Source: Thermoproteota archaeon (GTDB taxonomy: Archaea; Thermoproteota; EX4484-205; JAAOZP01). From it: DNA of 48,506 bases. The notes beneath the pieces are model-generated. The model worked only from the letters and a program-made list of their open reading frames with translations, was not told the origin of the DNA and made no database searches. This document shows positions 47,253 to 48,506 of the stretch, in pieces. The stretch lies in assembly GCA_049700215.1 (NCBI GenBank), contig JBNAVT010000015.1:1-48506 (forward strand), written 5' to 3'. Numbering within the stretch: position 1 is the first letter of the stretch; each line of letters begins with the position of its first letter. The position numbers were made by a program, and so were the translations under genes.

Positions 47253-48506
47253 TTAATCATTTGGGATATCAATCCACCTCCATTTAAAGTAAAATTGTCC
47301 AGTAGGTTTATTGAAATAGATAGCAAGTAACATGGCTTTCTTAACAGTTGGTCTCTGCCCTCTAATATTCTCATCCTGATTCCACTTGAGAATCGTATCA
47401 ACTAATTGTTGCTGAGCAGACCTTCCTCCTTTATCCGTTATCTTGCCATCGAGGATCTCGTCGATTCTCTCCACACATACGGTTGTAGATTTTGCTTCAA
47501 CAACTAGTAAGTAACCTTTATTCTCATCGACTGCGCATGCGTCGAAGAGCATGTATGGCATTGAAATGTAGCGATTTGAACCACTGGAATCGAAGATAAT
47601 CTCTGTTTTAGGTTCTAGGCCTATTCTCTGTAATTCTCCAATCATGGAACCCGCGACCTCGTTACCTACCACTCCCACTTCATTCTCACTTTCCCAATCA
47701 ATGCTCTTTAATTTAACCATAGATAGTTGCCCTTTCCCACTTTTTGTGCTTAGGTTTATATAAAATATGTTTACACTACTCGGTTTGCTAAGAAATATAG
47801 TGTTAACATGAGGATCTTTTTCGTTGGAACTTTTATAATATATTTCTAGAACATCAGATTCTGGGAAGTACTTTCCATCGACATATTGTGTTTGCGATGG
47901 ATCTTCTTCTCTCCCCCAAAGAACATAGACATCCGGATCTTCATATCCATTCCAAGCGACTTCTATCCGGGTATAACGTCCCGTATTTTGATCAATTATG
48001 CCTAGAACCAAATAAGGTCTAGTTGCCCCCATGGATAGGCCCTTTAATATATCGACTGGTATCTCCTTTCCATCTATAAGTAAAGCAAGAGCTCCGTCAG
48101 ATTTGACAATAGGCTTGAAAGGCAACTTGCCGGTAGAATAAGCTTTCGACAAAAAGTCTGATTCAGTTATCTTCATGATCGTGACATCCACTTCTTCTCC
48201 CTCTTCCCCGAAGGAACTTGGTACTTCGAATTGAGGTCTCTGTCTTAATGGATTGCAATATCTTATCGCTTCGATTCCTTTACATGCAATCGATATAAAG
48301 CAGGTATCATCACCAAGATAATCACGTAAAACTCTCTGAGGTACGTAAAATTGTAGACCTGACCCCATTCCCTTTCTTAATGTGACTCTGAGAGTTAACC
48401 CCTCCGGGTAGTTGATCATCCTGTTAAGCGTCTCCCATGCCTCCCTCTCCTCCTTCTCCATCAGTTTAACGACTACTGCTGAGGATAGTGCGCAGCCCTG
48501 CGTCAC
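47253..48506 (-). CDS. C-terminal part of a larger protein ending in a PD-(D/E)xK nuclease-like domain; candidate second toxin
   Basis: Frame is open to the window edge. G.VGNE.A / FDA.AVD / LVVEAKST / AQQQL motifs. AT-rich. Confidence 0.62.
   Translation of the reverse strand: MTQGCALSSAVVVKLMEKEEREAWETLNRMINYPEGLTLRVTLRKGMGSGLQFYVPQRVLRDYLGDDTCFISIACKGIEAIRYCNPLRQRPQFEVPSSFGEEGEEVDVTIMKITESDFLSKAYSTGKLPFKPIVKSDGALALLIDGKEIPVDILKGLSMGATRPYLVLGIIDQNTGRYTRIEVAWNGYEDPDVYVLWGREEDPSQTQYVDGKYFPESDVLEIYYKSSNEKDPHVNTIFLSKPSSVNIFYINLSTKSGKGQLSMVKLKSIDWESENEVGVVGNEVAGSMIGELQRIGLEPKTEIIFDSSGSNRYISMPYMLFDACAVDENKGYLLVVEAKSTTVCVERIDEILDGKITDKGGRSAQQQLVDTILKWNQDENIRGQRPTVKKAMLLAIYFNKPTGQFYFKWRWIDIPND

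Noticed and set aside
39-48506. Many antisense or overlapping ORFs in the six-frame track; tRNA/rRNA genes
   Set aside because: The ORFs are shadows of well-supported genes. No structural RNA gene was recognised.

Overview
Archaeal chromosomal window. Evidence for archaeal origin: TBP, HMG-CoA synthase/thiolase/DUF35, the LysW-dependent Lys/Arg pathway, and TATA boxes. The lineage cannot be fixed from sequence alone. The left two-thirds is mostly metabolic: mevalonate-entry cluster, endonuclease IV, PfpI, a sugar-acid operon, argG-lysW-lysX and lysY-Z-J-K, an epimerase, an M28 peptidase and a URO-D-like protein. Three things stand out. (1) A ~10 kb block separates lysX from lysY. It carries what looks like an archaeal polymorphic-toxin locus: a membrane-anchored partner, a 1677-aa secreted multi-domain protein with an AT-rich PD-(D/E)xK tip, and two tandem paralogous immunity-like genes sharing an identical 253-bp segment. 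A second toxin-tip/immunity-like pair of apparently the same family lies at the right edge. (2) The accessory region (~31-46 kb) is a mosaic of toxin-antitoxin modules and gene fragments. Its junctions repeatedly coincide with a short palindromic AG(CG)nCT / TAGCGCGCGCTA motif, and several genes are cut exactly at it. (3) The tbp gene switches codon composition abruptly at its conserved YEPEQFPG motif, just upstream of an HNH nuclease gene, suggesting 3'-end replacement by an integrated element. All product calls come from motif recognition by eye; no searches were run.
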